Part shown: positions 1-13,150 of the stretch, piece by piece
Numbering within the stretch: the stretch's first letter is position 1
Layout of the letters: every line of letters starts with the position of its first letter
Source: Azolla caroliniana
Taxonomy: Eukaryota > Plantae > Polypodiophyta
NCBI GenBank assembly: GCA_043228905.1
Contig: JBHGNT010000014.1
Coordinates: forward strand, 11,408,001 to 11,472,000
DNA length: 64,000 nucleotides
Direction: 5' to 3'
Translations under genes and position numbers: made by a program
The notes under the pieces: generated by a model
Database searches by the model: none
Told to the model about the DNA's origin: nothing
Seen by the model: the letters and a program-made list of their open reading frames with translations, nothing else

Positions 1-108
1 CACGGGCTTGGGCACAACACACGTAAAGGTGATGGGCTTGGATCAAGCTACCAAGCGCTCTGATACCATGTAAAGAATCGAGAGTGATTCTATGCAGCAA
101 ATGAACTC

Positions 109-184
<76 letters not shown>

Positions 185-444
185 AGAGAGAGAGAGAGTA
201 AGAGAGAGAGAGAGAGCTAAAGGTTATAGAAAAATAGAAAGTTGTATTACTGTAACAAGGAAACAAGAATGACCAACACAGTTACAAATAAGGTGGGAAG
301 GTGCCCACCTCTTAACGAAAGGGAGGTGGAGACATAACTACATTGAATATGTGTCATAGAATTATACGATTCTATGACACACTAGTTACTATAGTAGGTG
401 ATGGGATGTTCACACACTATGGAAGTTGAGTTTGATTCTCAACA
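1..444 (-). mobile_element. 5' end of a Copia LTR retrotransposon (5' LTR 69-444, tRNA-iMet PBS 57-68), running off the left edge
   Basis: GCTCTGATACCA at 57-68 is the reverse complement of the iMet PBS. It abuts an LTR whose minus-strand start TGTTGAGAATCAAACTCAACTT resembles the LTR starts at 47128 and 1953. Contains a (TG)n(AG)n microsatellite at about 108-215. Confidence 0.85.
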
Positions 445-807
445 TTAGATAATAATAATAACTGAAATATTTGTAAATAGCCCATACTATGTTGAGGTAT
501 AAATACCTCTAGGAAAAAAACTTTAGTTGTGTTGAATAGTAGATGCAGAATAGAGTTTTGGTAGTAGAATAGAAGTATTGTATAGAGGGTAACTAAGAGA
601 GAAGATAGAGTTTGAGCGATACCAAGAGCTTGTGTGGCTGATACACTATGTATAGACAAAGTGTTGTAACCTGTTTTCTTTCTCTGTATATTTGTTGTAT
701 AGTGGAAGATATATTCTCTCGTGATTTTCCCCGTTTAGGGTTTCCAAGTAAAACCTGTGTACTATGTGTATTTGTTGTTTTTCGCGTTCTGCTTGTACAT
801 TTCAACA
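445..807 (+). mobile_element. Right part of an LTR related to the solo LTR at 50029-50678, interrupted by the element at 1-444
   Basis: Shares motifs with 50029-50678 (atatttgtaaatagcc, tataaata, gtgattttcc..agggtttcc..cctgtgta) and ends in TTCAACA at 807. Confidence 0.6.
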
Positions 808-1663
808 TATCTTTCTCGTAGATATACGATCCCATCTCATCATGTCCAAGGCGAGTTTGAATGCTGGAATCGTTTTTGCTTTTCCCTTCCCTTTAGAGTT
901 CCAGCTCTCCGGTGTCTTTGATGGTCTGGTTGCATCATCTGTGCGTCATCTCTTCTCATCTACGTACACCTCATGCAATTGACATAAAGTGTGCGTGTAT
1001 GCTATTCTTATTTATGGGCCATTCCCATCCCATAGCTTCCTGGATTCCTTCTGTGGTGCTCCGGATTTCATCAAAGTTGGCTCAATTTGAGATTTCTAGT
1101 ACTTCCGGCCAAAAAGATGTTTTTGCTCCACATGATGCACCCACATGTATTCCCGCAGTTGTCACATAATTGCTTTTTGCCGCTATCTCCTCCTCTAGGA
1201 CTTTCTTCATGCCACCCTTTCGGAAGTTTGGCCAGAGTGGATTCCAAGAATCCATTGAATGTATCCGATTTCCTTCATAGTAGATAAGATCACGCCGTAG
1301 AGCCTCCTTGTACTCACTACAATCCTTTTGATCAGGTTCGGTGCTATTGCACAATATGCACCGCTTGTCCATATACTTGGAACTTGTGGGATGTTCTTCC
1401 GATTTCTTCACCTTGGAAATTTTGAGATTCTCCATCTCCTTTAGCAACTGCTCCACCATGGTTGCATCAATTCTCTTATCGACAAACATAACCACCTTGT
1501 CCGATGCGAGGATAGCTTGATCTCTCATGGACAACCTCCCAAATCGACTCTTGAACTCTGAGAACACTTCGAGAACTTTCAACCCCTTTTTTGGTGTTTC
1601 CACCCAATCTTTGTATCCCCTTCGCATTGCCTTGGAGGAGTCTTCAATAGTGTATGTCGTTTT
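808..1663 (-). pseudogene. Gypsy gag fragment of element H with a decayed zinc knuckle
   Basis: ORF 1082-1627 (DWVETPKKG..EFKSRFGRLS..CILCNSTEPDQKDC..GGMKKVLEE) matches by eye the 59178-60497 gag (EWVESPGKG..EFEERFARLS..CMWCDEVGHIRKDC..GGMKRLMEE). Confidence 0.85.
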
Positions 1664-1952
1664 TGTTGAGATACAAGCTCAACATTGGGTGTGTAAACCG
1701 GGTGCGCAACGAGAGGCCGTGCGTAAACCGGGAGGCCGTTGGATAGATATTCTGCGGAGGAATATATTTTGGGAGTTAGTGTAGGGTCTCATTGATGAGC
1801 ATTGAAGTACGTTTAAGTACTTCTGTTAGTTCGTATGGACCTGTATAGAAGAGAGCACTCCTGTGTACAACGTTTTAGAGTAATGTTTTGGAATAGAGTT
1901 TTCTGTGTTTTGCTCTCTCTGTCTCTCCCGAGTACGTTGTGTTGATTAAGAT

Positions 1953-2401
1953 TGTTGTGATATCAAGCTCAACTAGTTTAATCTAGTTAGTCAACACATG
2001 TAACTTAGTAGTTACCTAGATCGAATCTAGTTAATGTGTTGACCTTAAGCCTTTAAATAGGACCTTGTACTTAAGTGGGATATTCTAGATCCTCCACTCC
2101 TTAGTACATTTATTGTAGGACTTACACATAAGTACCTATGTTCTACCCACACATGTGCACCTTTGCACATGGGTTGTATATATACCTCATTGTGGGTATT
2201 TTTGTATGTTGATGACACTTTTCAATATAGTCAATCATCCCCCATTTATCTTCGTGCTCATAAGTGTAACTTCCTCTCTCTCTCTCTCTCTCTCTTCCTC
2301 TCACACACTGTCACGTGCATATCATACTAATCTTCCGCTGCTTAACGTAACCATATAATTAGTCTCTAATTAACCCTAGTTAATTACCTAATTACTTAAC
2401 A
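1953..2401 (+). mobile_element. Copia solo LTR inserted in the 5' LTR of element A
   Basis: TG..CA ends, TSD AAGAT (1948-1952 and 2402-2406), similar to LTR 47128-47594, and absent from the 3' LTR of A. Confidence 0.92.
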
Positions 2402-2801
2402 AAGATTTTCATTAAGCCTCTCTTGTCTCTTGTCTTTTGTATGTTGTTACCCGGCTGTGTCTTTTAAGCTTCCACACGTATTCTTTTTCATGGTATCAGA
2501 GCACGAGGGTTGAGATCCTCTACTGCCGACAAACAAACAAACTGTTGAGCGAGCAAGCTACACCGGATCCGGATCGGTATCCGGAACTAGGAGCCGGATC
2601 GGAGATCTATATCGGATTTAAACCGGTAGGCCGTTAGAGGCCTACAGATCCAGTCTAGTACGTAGGTATATTTTTGGGAGTTAGCGTCAGTCGCTCGTAT
2701 GAGCATTGAAGTACCTGTCAGTCCTTTATGGACTTGTATAAAAGTGCTCTCTTAGCACATTCTATGTAGAGAATATTGAGAGTATTTTTGAATAGAGTTT
2801 A

Positions 2802-2843
<42 letters not shown>

Positions 2844-3032
2844 TACGCGTACTCTCTTTGTGTGTTAATTTTATTCTCATCTTCTATTGCTATCCGGTTG
2901 AGCCGGTTTGTCGAACGCTTCCGCACGTTTACTTTGACATGGTATCAGAGCGCGAGGGTTGAGAACCTTTGCAGCCGACAGATGCTTTCGAAGACAAACC
3001 CCAATACCCGGTAAGGACAGACAGAGAAAGAT

Positions 3033-6000
3033 ATGGACAAAGGTATGGCGAGTTCACTTCCCACAGAGAAGCTCGACCGTAGCAACTATGCGTCCTGGTC
3101 ATATAAAATGCACCAGTACCTGCTCGGGCATGGATATTGGAGCTAAGTGGAAGGAACCAACGAGGTAGTGCCGGAGCCAACACACAAGGACTTCCCGGCA
3201 TGGGAGCAAGGAGTGAGCCGAGTATTGTACTGCCTCACGTCCGGTGTGCACGATCAGATGCTCAACTACATCAAAGATGCAAAAACACCAAAGGAGGCAT
3301 GGGAAAATCTCCGGAAGATTTTCGCCGCTAGTACCACGACATGGAAGTTGCAGCTCCGACAAGAGCTCAACAATATCCGACAGAGGGATATGTTTGTGAC
3401 TGACTACACCACCAAGATAAAGGAGATTTGCAACGCGCTCGGGCCCATCAACGTGATGGTGGACGAAGACGAGATGGTTCAAATCTACCTCGGTGGTCTA
3501 GCACAATGGTACGAGCCAATCCGGACGGCGATCTGCACGTGGGAGAAGCCACCGTCCTTCTTCGACTTACAATGCATGTTGATGGTCGAAGAAAACCACG
3601 CGAGTGGGTCGAGGACCACTCAATCGGACAACTGGATGTTGTACACGGAGGCAGATCGACCCCGTGGGCGTGGGGGATGAGGTGGGTTGGCACACAATGG
3701 AGGCGGCTGGCAAGAGCAGGACCGAAGGCATAGGGGTAGTGCCGACAGCAGTTCCGGATCCTCCACAAGTAGGGGGAGACAAAGCGGCGCTGGAAACCGG
3801 CAAGGAAAAGCCAACACGGAATGCTTGTCATGAACATCGACTTGAATTTTAGCCTAAGGTTCTTGTATATATATATTTCTCCTAGACAAACTTTAGATTT
3901 TAAACCTTTGTATAAAGAGTGGTATATAAGACTGAGTATGTAAGACTTAGCATGCAAGAATTAGTATGCTTGATATTATAGTATGTAAGACTTGGCATGA
4001 GCATGCTTATCATGCTTCACTACATGTATAAAAAGGGTTGATCTCCCTTGTTAACATCAACCCCTTTTATACATGTAGTGAAGCATGATAACCATGCTCA
4101 TGCCAATATACATACTATAATATCAAGCATACTAATTCTTGCATGCCAAGTCTTACATACTGAGTCTTATATACCACTCTTTATACAAAGGTTCAAAATC
4201 TAAAGTTTGTCTAGGAGAAATATATATATACAAGAACCTAAGGCTAAAATTCAAGTCGATGTTCATGACAATGATGGTACCATGGCAGAAAGGGCCACAA
4301 AGAAAGCGAGTGTTGGAAGAAGCGTGCCGATTCGGATAAATCCGAATCCGGCAAGGCCGGACAAGGGAACCAACAAAGCTCACACTACGCAGAAGGATCG
4401 GAAGGATACGGATTCGGGAAGACCGAAAAGGGCCAGTCTTCGTGATGAAGCACAAGGCGAACTTGATGAAGTGACTTCCAAATCGGAGGAAGTATTGTAC
4501 GTTGATTCCGGACCGTCCAACCACATGACGAGCCATGAAGAGTGATTCTCTTTTTTGGAGAAACCGAACAACCGGGGATTGTCGAAACTGGAGACGACAC
4601 CCCTCACCCGATTGTGCATGTCAGAGAAGTCCCTTTGAGCCATGTTGGACAAAAGGGAAAGTTGATGAACGTACTACACGTTCTGACAATCACAAAGAAC
4701 CTGATGTCGGTCGGGCAAATAGTCGACCAGGGAATGCAGGTGCGGTTTACACACCTCGGGTGCTTCATTGAGGAAGAAGGCCGGATAATCATGCAAGGGC
4801 ACAAAGAAGGGAGGATGTTCATCCTCAACATAAATGATGTCAACACCGCCATGTTTGCCAAAGGACATAAGATTGAATCGGACATCGATCTCTGGCACAA
4901 ACGGATTGGCCACGTCAATTACAGGAGGCTTCAAGTTCTGCAATCGAAACAAGTTGTGTTCGGATTGTCGAAGTTTGGTGGCCGGAAGGCCCAAATATGT
5001 GAAGCCAGCCAACTCGGGAACCAATACCGGCTTCCATTCCCCATCGAATGAAACTGGAGCGGTAACAAGCTCGACTTAATCCATTCGGATGTATGGGGAC
5101 CGACACAAAACATTAGTCTTTCCGGGAGTCGGTATTTCATCTCCTTCATCAAGAAGAAAAGCGAAGTTTTCGACAGTTTCCAGAACCTTCAAAGCTTAGT
5201 CGAAAGGGAAACGGAGAGGAAGATTAAGTGCCTGCGGTTGGATGGCTGAAAATAATACTTTTCCGGCCAATTCAATAGTTATCTGCAGAAGAACGGAATT
5301 CAGAGAGAATTCAGCTGTCGATACACACCGGAACAAAATGGTGTGGCCGAGAGAAAGAACTGGTCGATTGTCGACGCAGCGAGGGCAATGCTGGAGGAAA
5401 AGCAATCTAGAAGGCCGTCTACATCCAGAACCAAATCGGAAACAAGGTGTTTGCACACGAGTTGTATTTCGGGCGCAAGCCGAATTTGAGGCACCTTCGA
5501 ATATTCGGTAGCATAGCATATGTGCATGTACCGGATGAGAAGCGGAAGAAGCTAGATCCGAAGTCGGAGAAGTGCATCCTAGTTGGTTACTCGCATGAGC
5601 AGAAGGGGTACAAGCGTTATAACCCCCAGACTAAGCAGGTACGAGTAAGCCAAGATGTTGAGTTTGATGAGTCGGCATCATGGTACTCTCTACCGACTCC
5701 AACCTCCGACTCCGACCCGATTTCGGAAGATGAGGCTGGTGAGCCCGAGGGGGTCCAAGTAGAAGATGAAGAATTCGGCATTCTAGAAGAGAGTCCGATC
5801 TCATTCTAGCTAAGTGGGCCAAATGAGTGGTTGAGTCGGGATGACCAGTCGGGTGAAGAACCGATGAGTAGTGGAGACTCTGTCGTGCTCTTCTTGCGCA
5901 AGGAATCGAGGAGACGGTTCACACACAAAGAGAAGGGGAAGAAGAAGATGTTGGAATACAATACCGGTAGTGAAGGGTCAGATTGAAGCGATTCTAATCC

Positions 6001-8015
6001 CGGAAAGGGAGAAGGTGGATCTTTAGAAATGAAGTCCGGAGCAGCCAAGAAGGGTCTCAAACCGGGTAATGACAAGTTATGCTGGTCAACCCGCCAGAAG
6101 AACCCCGTCATGAGGTATGGGTACAATGAGTACATGACGCATCATTATGCGTACATGACTAAGGTGGCGGAAATGCATGAGCCGGAGAGCTACATAGAAG
6201 CAGCGAAAGCCGCAAATTGGCGCGCTGATATGGAGGAAGAAATGCGGGCACTAGATGCCAACGACACATGGAACCTGGTAGACCCACCCCGACAGTGCAA
6301 ACTGATTGGTTGCAAGTGGGTGTACAAGGTAAAGTACAACGTCGACGGTTCGGTCAACTGGTACAAAGCCCAGTTAGTGGCGAAGGGATACGCACAGACC
6401 TAAGGAATCGACTACGATGGGACCTTCGCTCCGGTAGCGAAGATGACGACGGTTCGTGTGGTACTGGCTGTTGCTGTTGCAAGGGGATGACATCTTCACC
6501 AAATGGACGTGAAGAATGCCTTTCTTCAAGGTGATCTTGAAGAATGGGTCTATATGATCCAACCCCCTTGTTTCCAATTGGAGATGAAGAAGTTGGAAGT
6601 GTGCCGACTCAAGAAGTCGCTTTACGGTTTGAAGCAAACCCCCCGAGCTTGGAATGCGAAGATCACACACCGGTTGCGTAAGATGGGGTTTGCGGCCTCA
6701 AAGTATGACTCGTCACTGTTCATCCAGAAAGGTCTGGCCGGCCTGGTTTGTATCCTGCTATATGTTGAGGATTTAGTCATCACCGGACCCTGACTCGATG
6801 AAATCAGCCGAGTGAAGTCCCAGTTGTTAGACGCATTTGAGATGAAGGACCTGGGGGACCCCCGAAGGCATATTGCTCTCACAACACCATTATATGTTGA
6901 ATATGTTGTACAAGTTCGGCATGATGGAATGTCGACCGATCTCTACACCCCTGGACTGGAACCTCAAGCTACATCCCGACTTCGGACCGGCCTGCGATAA
7001 GAAACGGTTCCGCCAAATTGTTAGAAGTCTTATATACTTGACGATCACCTGACCCGACATCAGTTATCTAGTCGGGGTGATCAACCAGTTCATGCAGAAG
7101 CTGACCGTCGAGCACCTTTAGTGCGCACACCGGATACTCTGGTATATTAGCAGCACGAAGGATCGGGGATTGTTATACCGACACGGTATAACTACAGAGC
7201 TAGTCGGATACACCGATGCCGACTTGGCTGGTGATGCATCGGATCACCGATCCACCTTCGGTTACATGTTTTCTCTAGGTCGCGTGACTATTGTGTGGAG
7301 CAACAAAAAGCAGCCGACAGTGGCTTTGTCGAGCATTGAGGCTGAGTATCGGGGCACTACCAATGCCACCTGTGAAGCCATTTGCCTTTGGTGACTACTG
7401 CGTGACCTCCGGATCGAGGTACCGACCCCAATCCTGATCCATTGTGACAACATGAGCAACATTCAGCTCGCCAAGACCCCTGTATTCCATGCTCGGACAA
7501 AGCACATATAAGTGCATTATCACTTCGTGCGTGAGCGGGTCCTAAGCGGTGAACTTGAACTTTGATATGTTCAGAAGGATCGGTAGATTGCCGATATCTT
7601 CACCAAACCGCTCGGATCAGACAAGTTGCAACACTTCACCGAAATGCTTGGTGTTCAGCATCTCGACATGCCTCACTTGAGGGGGAGAATAGAAACGGGA
7701 ACGGATGGCACCAGACAAGGAACCAGAGAGGAAGAAAGAACAAATAGGGGAGATAACATGAAAAAGGAAGCTGAGTCGACCAAAGGAGTCAGCACCTCCG
7801 AACAAGTCGGAGCAAACAATAGAGTCAAGAAGGACAAAGCCGATTGGAAGGAGGCCAAGACCCGGACATGGTCCGATGTGGTGAAGGGCCTAAAAACGGA
7901 AGATGAGCTGGAGACTACCAACTCGGACAAGAGCTGGAATGAATTGAAGACAGGCGATTCAGTTCAACAGATGGATTCGGAAGAGTTAGATCTATTAAAG
8001 GCCAAGCGGACATGA
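3033..8015 (+). pseudogene. Degenerate Copia gag-pol of element B (gag, protease, integrase, RT, RNase H)
   Basis: Fragments YVDSGPSNHMT (PR), LWHKRIGH (pre-IN), KLDPKSEKCILVGY (IN), MDVKNAFL and LLYVEDL (RT), GYTDAD..VALSSIEAEY (RNase H). Many stops and frameshifts. Confidence 0.93.
3826..4270. repeat. 445-bp near-perfect hairpin insertion with TG..CA ends (arms 3826-4042 and 4056-4270)
   Basis: The arms are reverse complements with only a handful of differences and a 13-nt loop. Flanked by ATGCT/ATGAT and inserted in the gag zinc-knuckle codons of B. Confidence 0.95.
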
Positions 8016-8770
8016 ACGCAAGGGAAGTCGACGCCAACACGGAGGAGCTGACGGGTCAACAAGCACCAGAGTCATAGCAACGAAGGAGTTGAAATGGGCA
8101 TGTTGAGCAGACAAGAAGATTGAGGAGGTCGAGGTGCGCGGAACCAGATTGGACGAGGAGCGCGAGCAAGGCAGGAGGACACCAGAAGGAGTCGGACGAG
8201 ATAACCGGCTACCACAGAAATTGACACCACGATCCGACCTCAAGTTGAGCTTGAGGGGGAGTGTTGAGTGAGCAAGCTCAACCGGATCCGGATCGGCTGA
8301 ATAAGCCAAAGTCAGATCGGTATCCAGAACGGAGAACCAGATTGGTGTCCGGATGATATCTGGAACCAGGAGCTAGATCGGAGAGCCGGATCAACTTGAA
8401 ACTGGTAGGCCGGTAGAGGCCTACGGATCTAGTCTAGTACGTAGGCATATTTTTGGGAGTTAGTGTCAGTCGCTCGTATGAGTATTGAAGTACCTGTCAG
8501 TACTTCTATCAGTCCTTTATGGGCTTGTATAAAAGTGCTCGCTGAGCACATTCTATGTACAAAATATTGAAAGTATTTTTTGAATAGAGTTTACGTTCTG
8601 TCTATCTGTCTGTCTCTCTCTTTGTCTCTCCTGTGTACATGTACTCTCTGTGTGTGTTAACTTTTATTCTTATCTTCTGTTGCTATCCGGTTGAGCTGGT
8701 TTGTCGAACGCTTCCGCACGTTTACTTTGACACAAACCCTAATCACGGTGAAGAATAGAAGAAGGAAAGA

Positions 8771-11700
8771 ATGGACAGAGGAATGGCTACCTCGCTTCCG
8801 ACGGAGAAGCTTGACAGAAGCAACTATGCATCTTGGTCGTACAAGATGCACCAGTACCTACTTGGACATGGCTACTAGAGTTATGTCGATGGAGCTAATG
8901 ACGCGGAAACAAGCAAGGAAAAGCCTATTGCGGAATGCTGGTATTGTAGCAAGAAAGGCCACAAGGAGAGAGAGTGTTGTAAGAAACACACCGATTGAGA
9001 GAAAATCGCATCCGTCTCTAGGCGGATGGAACAAGGAAATCAGTAGTCATCACATTACGCCGAGGGCTCCGAACGAGTAAAAAATGGATCAGGCCCAACC
9101 TTTATAATGAAGCACAAGGCCAATTCGATGGCAGTGAACACCTCGAAACCGAACGAGGTGTGGTATGTTGACTCTATAATGTCAAATCATATGACAAGTC
9201 ACGAGGAATGGTTCTCGTACTTGGAGAAACCAGAAAAACAAGGAGTGGTTGAAACTGGAGACGACACTCCGCATACCATTGAACATGTCGGTGAAGTTCC
9301 CCTCAGCCATGTCGGGCAGAAAGGGAAACTCATGAACGTGCTACACGTGCCGACAATAACGAAGAATCTGGTGTCGGCCGGACAGATTGTCGACCAGGGG
9401 ATGCAAGTTCGGTTCACGCATCTCGGTTGCTACATCAAAGAAGAAGGGAAAGTCATTGTGCAAGGGCATCGAGAAGGGAGGATGGTCATCCTCAACACCA
9501 ATGAAGTCGGAACCATTGTCGTGGAGAAAACCGTCCCTAGGAGGAATCAGTGAATAGAGAGCGTGAACCGGCCCTGACACACATGCACAAGTATTGATGA
9601 GTACATAATTGGGGATAGGTCGGCTGATGTAAATATCCTAGGTAGGAAAGATTTATTGTCTGGGAAATCGATGCGTATCTCTATCCGAAGGGACAAAGAA
9701 TAAAGGTGATGTGATCAGGGTGTAACGGTCCCTCCCCGGCGGCCTATAAAAGGGAAGGGAAGAAGATAGAGATGGGGTGCGTTGTGGAGGACGAAGTGCT
9801 GTCGGACTGGGACCGAGCTCTTCTCCTCCGTCTTTCATCGTTCTCTGCAGGTTTTGGGAGGCTGCCTCTGCTTCCTGGAAAGCTCGAGTGCTTCCGGCAG
9901 AGGCTCCATCTCGCATTGTCCGTGTGCGTTGTGTGAGTTGGTGGCAGCGCGTTGACGCTTACCGTCTAGCCGGTTGTAATCTTGATCATAAATATATATT
10001 TGCCTTATTCTTTGTTCGATCTTCGTTGTGAGTTCTCTGTGTATTTGTGTGCACGGCTCGGCCGTGGTTTCGTGTCGCTCTTCCCTCTGTTCGGTTATTC
10101 CCCAGTTTAGGGCCCCCGCGGTCCCGCCTTGGTTTCTCCTACGCGTGCAGAATAACATGACACCACGTTGTTCGCAAAAGGACAGAATGTCAAGTCGGAC
10201 ATCGACCTATGGCACAAGCGGTTCGGCTCTGTTAACTTCCCGCGGCTTCGTGAAATGTAGACGAAGAACATTGTTTTCGGATTGCCGAAATTGAGTGGTC
10301 AGAAGTGCCAAGTCTACGAAGCTTGCCAGCTCGGGAAGCAGGACGGACTTCCATTCCCCAACAAGCGCAATCGGAGTCAAAATCCGCTCGATGTGATCCA
10401 TTCGTGAGCATCAGAGGAAGCCGTTACTTCGTAACCTTCATCGATGACTTCACTCGATAGACTTGGGCGTGCTTGATTGCGAAAAAGAGCGAAGTCTTTG
10501 CGTGTTTCCTGAAGGGGGAGAGCCTTGCGGAAAGGGAAACTGGGCAAAAGATCAAGTGCCTAAGGTCCGATAGCGGGAAGGAGTACTTGTCCGACCAGTT
10601 CTCGAGTTATCTATAGAAGGAGGGAATTTGACGCGAATTCTCATGTAGATACACGCCGCAACAGAATGGTGTAGCCAAGAGGAAGAATCAGACGATAGAG
10701 GAGGCGGCAAGGGCAATGCTTGAAGAGAAGCATCTGCCGAAGTTCTATTGGGATGATGCGATTAGAACATCTATCTACCTCCAGAATCGGGCATCTTCCA
10801 ATGGAGGAGTGTCACCACATGAGTTGTACTTCAAGAAGAAGCTAAACATGGCACACTTGAGGGTTTTCGGTAGCATCGCGTATGTGCATGTGCCGAAGGA
10901 GAAACGGAGGAAGCTGGATGGCAAAGCCGAGAAGTGTATCTTGGTTGGCTACTTAGATGAACAGAAGGGTTATAAGTATTATAATCCCCGAACCAAACAA
11001 GCTCGCGTAAGTTGTGATGTTGTGTTCGACGAGTCCGCGTCGTGGTACTTGCCTTCGCTTCCAACCCATGAGGACTCCAGTCCGATCTTTGACGAAGAGG
11101 TCAACAAGGCTGAAATGCCTCGGGACAATGGAGACGTCAGAGCTCTTGAAGAGAGTCCGATCTCATTCAGGCTAAGTGGGCTGAATGGGCGACTAAGTTG
11201 GCATGAACAGTCAGATGTAGAGCCGACGAGTAGTGGAGACTCAGCCGCACATTCCCCACGCAAGAAGCCGAAGAGACGGTTTACGCGCAAAGAGAAGGGA
11301 AAGAAGAAGATGCCGGAGTACGAAGACGAATATGACTCCGAGAAGAACGAAGAAGGACCTTCAGAAACGAAATCTGCGTCGGCCAAGAGGGCCTCAAAAC
11401 CGGCTAATGAATAATCATGCCGATTTACCCGCCAGAAGAACCCCGTGGTGCGGTTCAGATACAACGAACATGGCCCATCCTTATGCGTACATGACGCGAG
11501 TGGAGGAAGTGTGTGAGCCGGAGAGCTACGCAGAAACGACGAAGAACGCAAATTGGCGTGCCGCAATGGAGGAAGAGATGCACGCATTAGCGGAAAATGA
11601 AACCTGGGACCTGGTTGACACCCCGAATGGTGTAAAGCCGATTGGGTGTAGGTGGGCGTACAAGGTCAAGTACAACACCGACGACTCTGTCAACCGTGAC

Positions 11701-13150
11701 AAGGCCTGGTTAGTGGCGAAGGGATACACATAACAACACGGCATCGACTACGATGAGACCTTTGCGTTGGTCCCAAAGATGACAACCGTCTGTGTCCTGC
11801 TTGCGGTAGCCACGGTAAAGGGGTGGCATTTACATCAAATGGATGTAAAGAATGCGTTCCTACAAGGTGAACTTGAGGAACAGGTGTACATGGTACAACC
11901 CCCCGGATTTCAGTCCAGAAAGAACACCTCAAAGGTATGCCGACAAGAAGTCCCTCTACAGACTAAAACAAGCCCCACTCACGTGGAACACAAAGATCAC
12001 GCAACGCCTAAGTCGGATGGGTTTGCGACGTCCAAATTAGATTCTTCATTGTTCGTCCGGCAAGGTCGACATGGACTGGTTAGTATTTTACTTTATGTTG
12101 ATGATTTAGTCATCGCCGGTACCGACTTAGATGAAATTGGTCGCGTAAAGTCCCAACTCGCAACATCATTCGACATGAAGGACCTAGGACACCTTCATTA
12201 CTTCCTTGGGATTGATGTGATCCGCAATCCCGAAGGCATACTTATCAGCCAATGACATTACGTGTTGAGTATGCTCTTCAAGTTCGGTACGCTCCATCTC
12301 AACTCCTCTGGACAAAAAAGTCAAGCTTCACAGAGATTTGGGAAAGGTGTGCGACCCGACACGGTTCCGACAGATTATTGGAAGCTAATTTATTTGACTA
12401 TCACTCGGCCCGATCTCAATTACCTGGTCAGCCTAGTTAGTCAATTTATGTCGCAGCCCATGGCCGAACATCATCAATGCATGCAAAGGATATTGTGCTA
12501 TGTCCACGACACTAAGGATAGGGCTCTGCTATATCGGACTGGTATTGCCGAACAACTCATCGGCTACTTGGGTTCCGATTGGGCCGGAAATGCTGGTGAT
12601 CGTAGATTCACATCTAGGTTCGCTTTCTTGCTTGAGAGCGCCATGATCACTTGGAGTAACAAGAAGTAGCTGACATTTGCACTGTCTAGCACGGAGGCTG
12701 AGTATCGAGGAGTGGCTATCGGGACGTGCGAAGCCATTTGGCCCAAGAGGCTACTCAAGGATTTGCAGGTGGAGGTGTCCGCTCCGACAACAATCTACTG
12801 CAACAACCTCAGCAGCATCCAACTTGCGAAGAAAATCATCTTCCACACCCAGACCAAGCACACTGACGTGCACTACCAATTTGGTCCTCTCCAGTGAAGT
12901 CGAACTAGCTTATGTTCCCACGGATCGACAGACTACCGAATCTTCACCAAGCCCCTTGGTCTCAACAAGTTGTGGCAATTCTCGGGTGCGCTTGGTTTGC
13001 GGCAGCTCGATGTGCCGAACTTGAGGGGGAGAAAAGACCAGGAAAGGGAACATGAAAGGAGCGAAAGTGACTGCGAAGCCGAGTCGGATGAAGAATTTGA
13101 TTTCGGGTCGGCTGAAGAAGCCGAAGGTGGAAACAAGGGCAGCAACTGAT
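8771..13150 (+). pseudogene. Degenerate Copia gag-pol of element A, with most of gag deleted
   Basis: VWYVDSIMSNHMT (PR), KLDGKAEKCILVGY (IN), HQMDVKNAFL and LLYVDDL (RT), RNase H remnants. Gag jumps from its N-terminus to the zinc knuckle near 8905. Confidence 0.9.
9517..10162 (+). mobile_element. Gypsy solo LTR related to the LTR at 58528
   Basis: TGTCGTGGAGAAAACCGTCC..TGACA shares its start and internal blocks (cctataaaagg, ggacgaagtgct, cgagtgcttccggcag) with 58528-59160. Apparent 4-bp TSD CCAT/CCAC. Confidence 0.88.

Larger units (their letters stand above)
2543..8732 (+). mobile_element. Element B: Copia LTR retrotransposon nested in the 5' UTR of A (LTRs 2543-2939 and 8262-8732, PBS 2940-2951)
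   Basis: Matching LTRs, iMet PBS, PPT at 8251-8261, and TSD CAAAC (2538-2542 and 8733-8737). Confidence 0.95.

Noticed and set aside
3448-4339. Two ORFs sharing the peptide MHAKSYILSLIYHSLYKG as a duplicated gene
   Set aside because: This is an artefact of the palindrome read on opposite strands.
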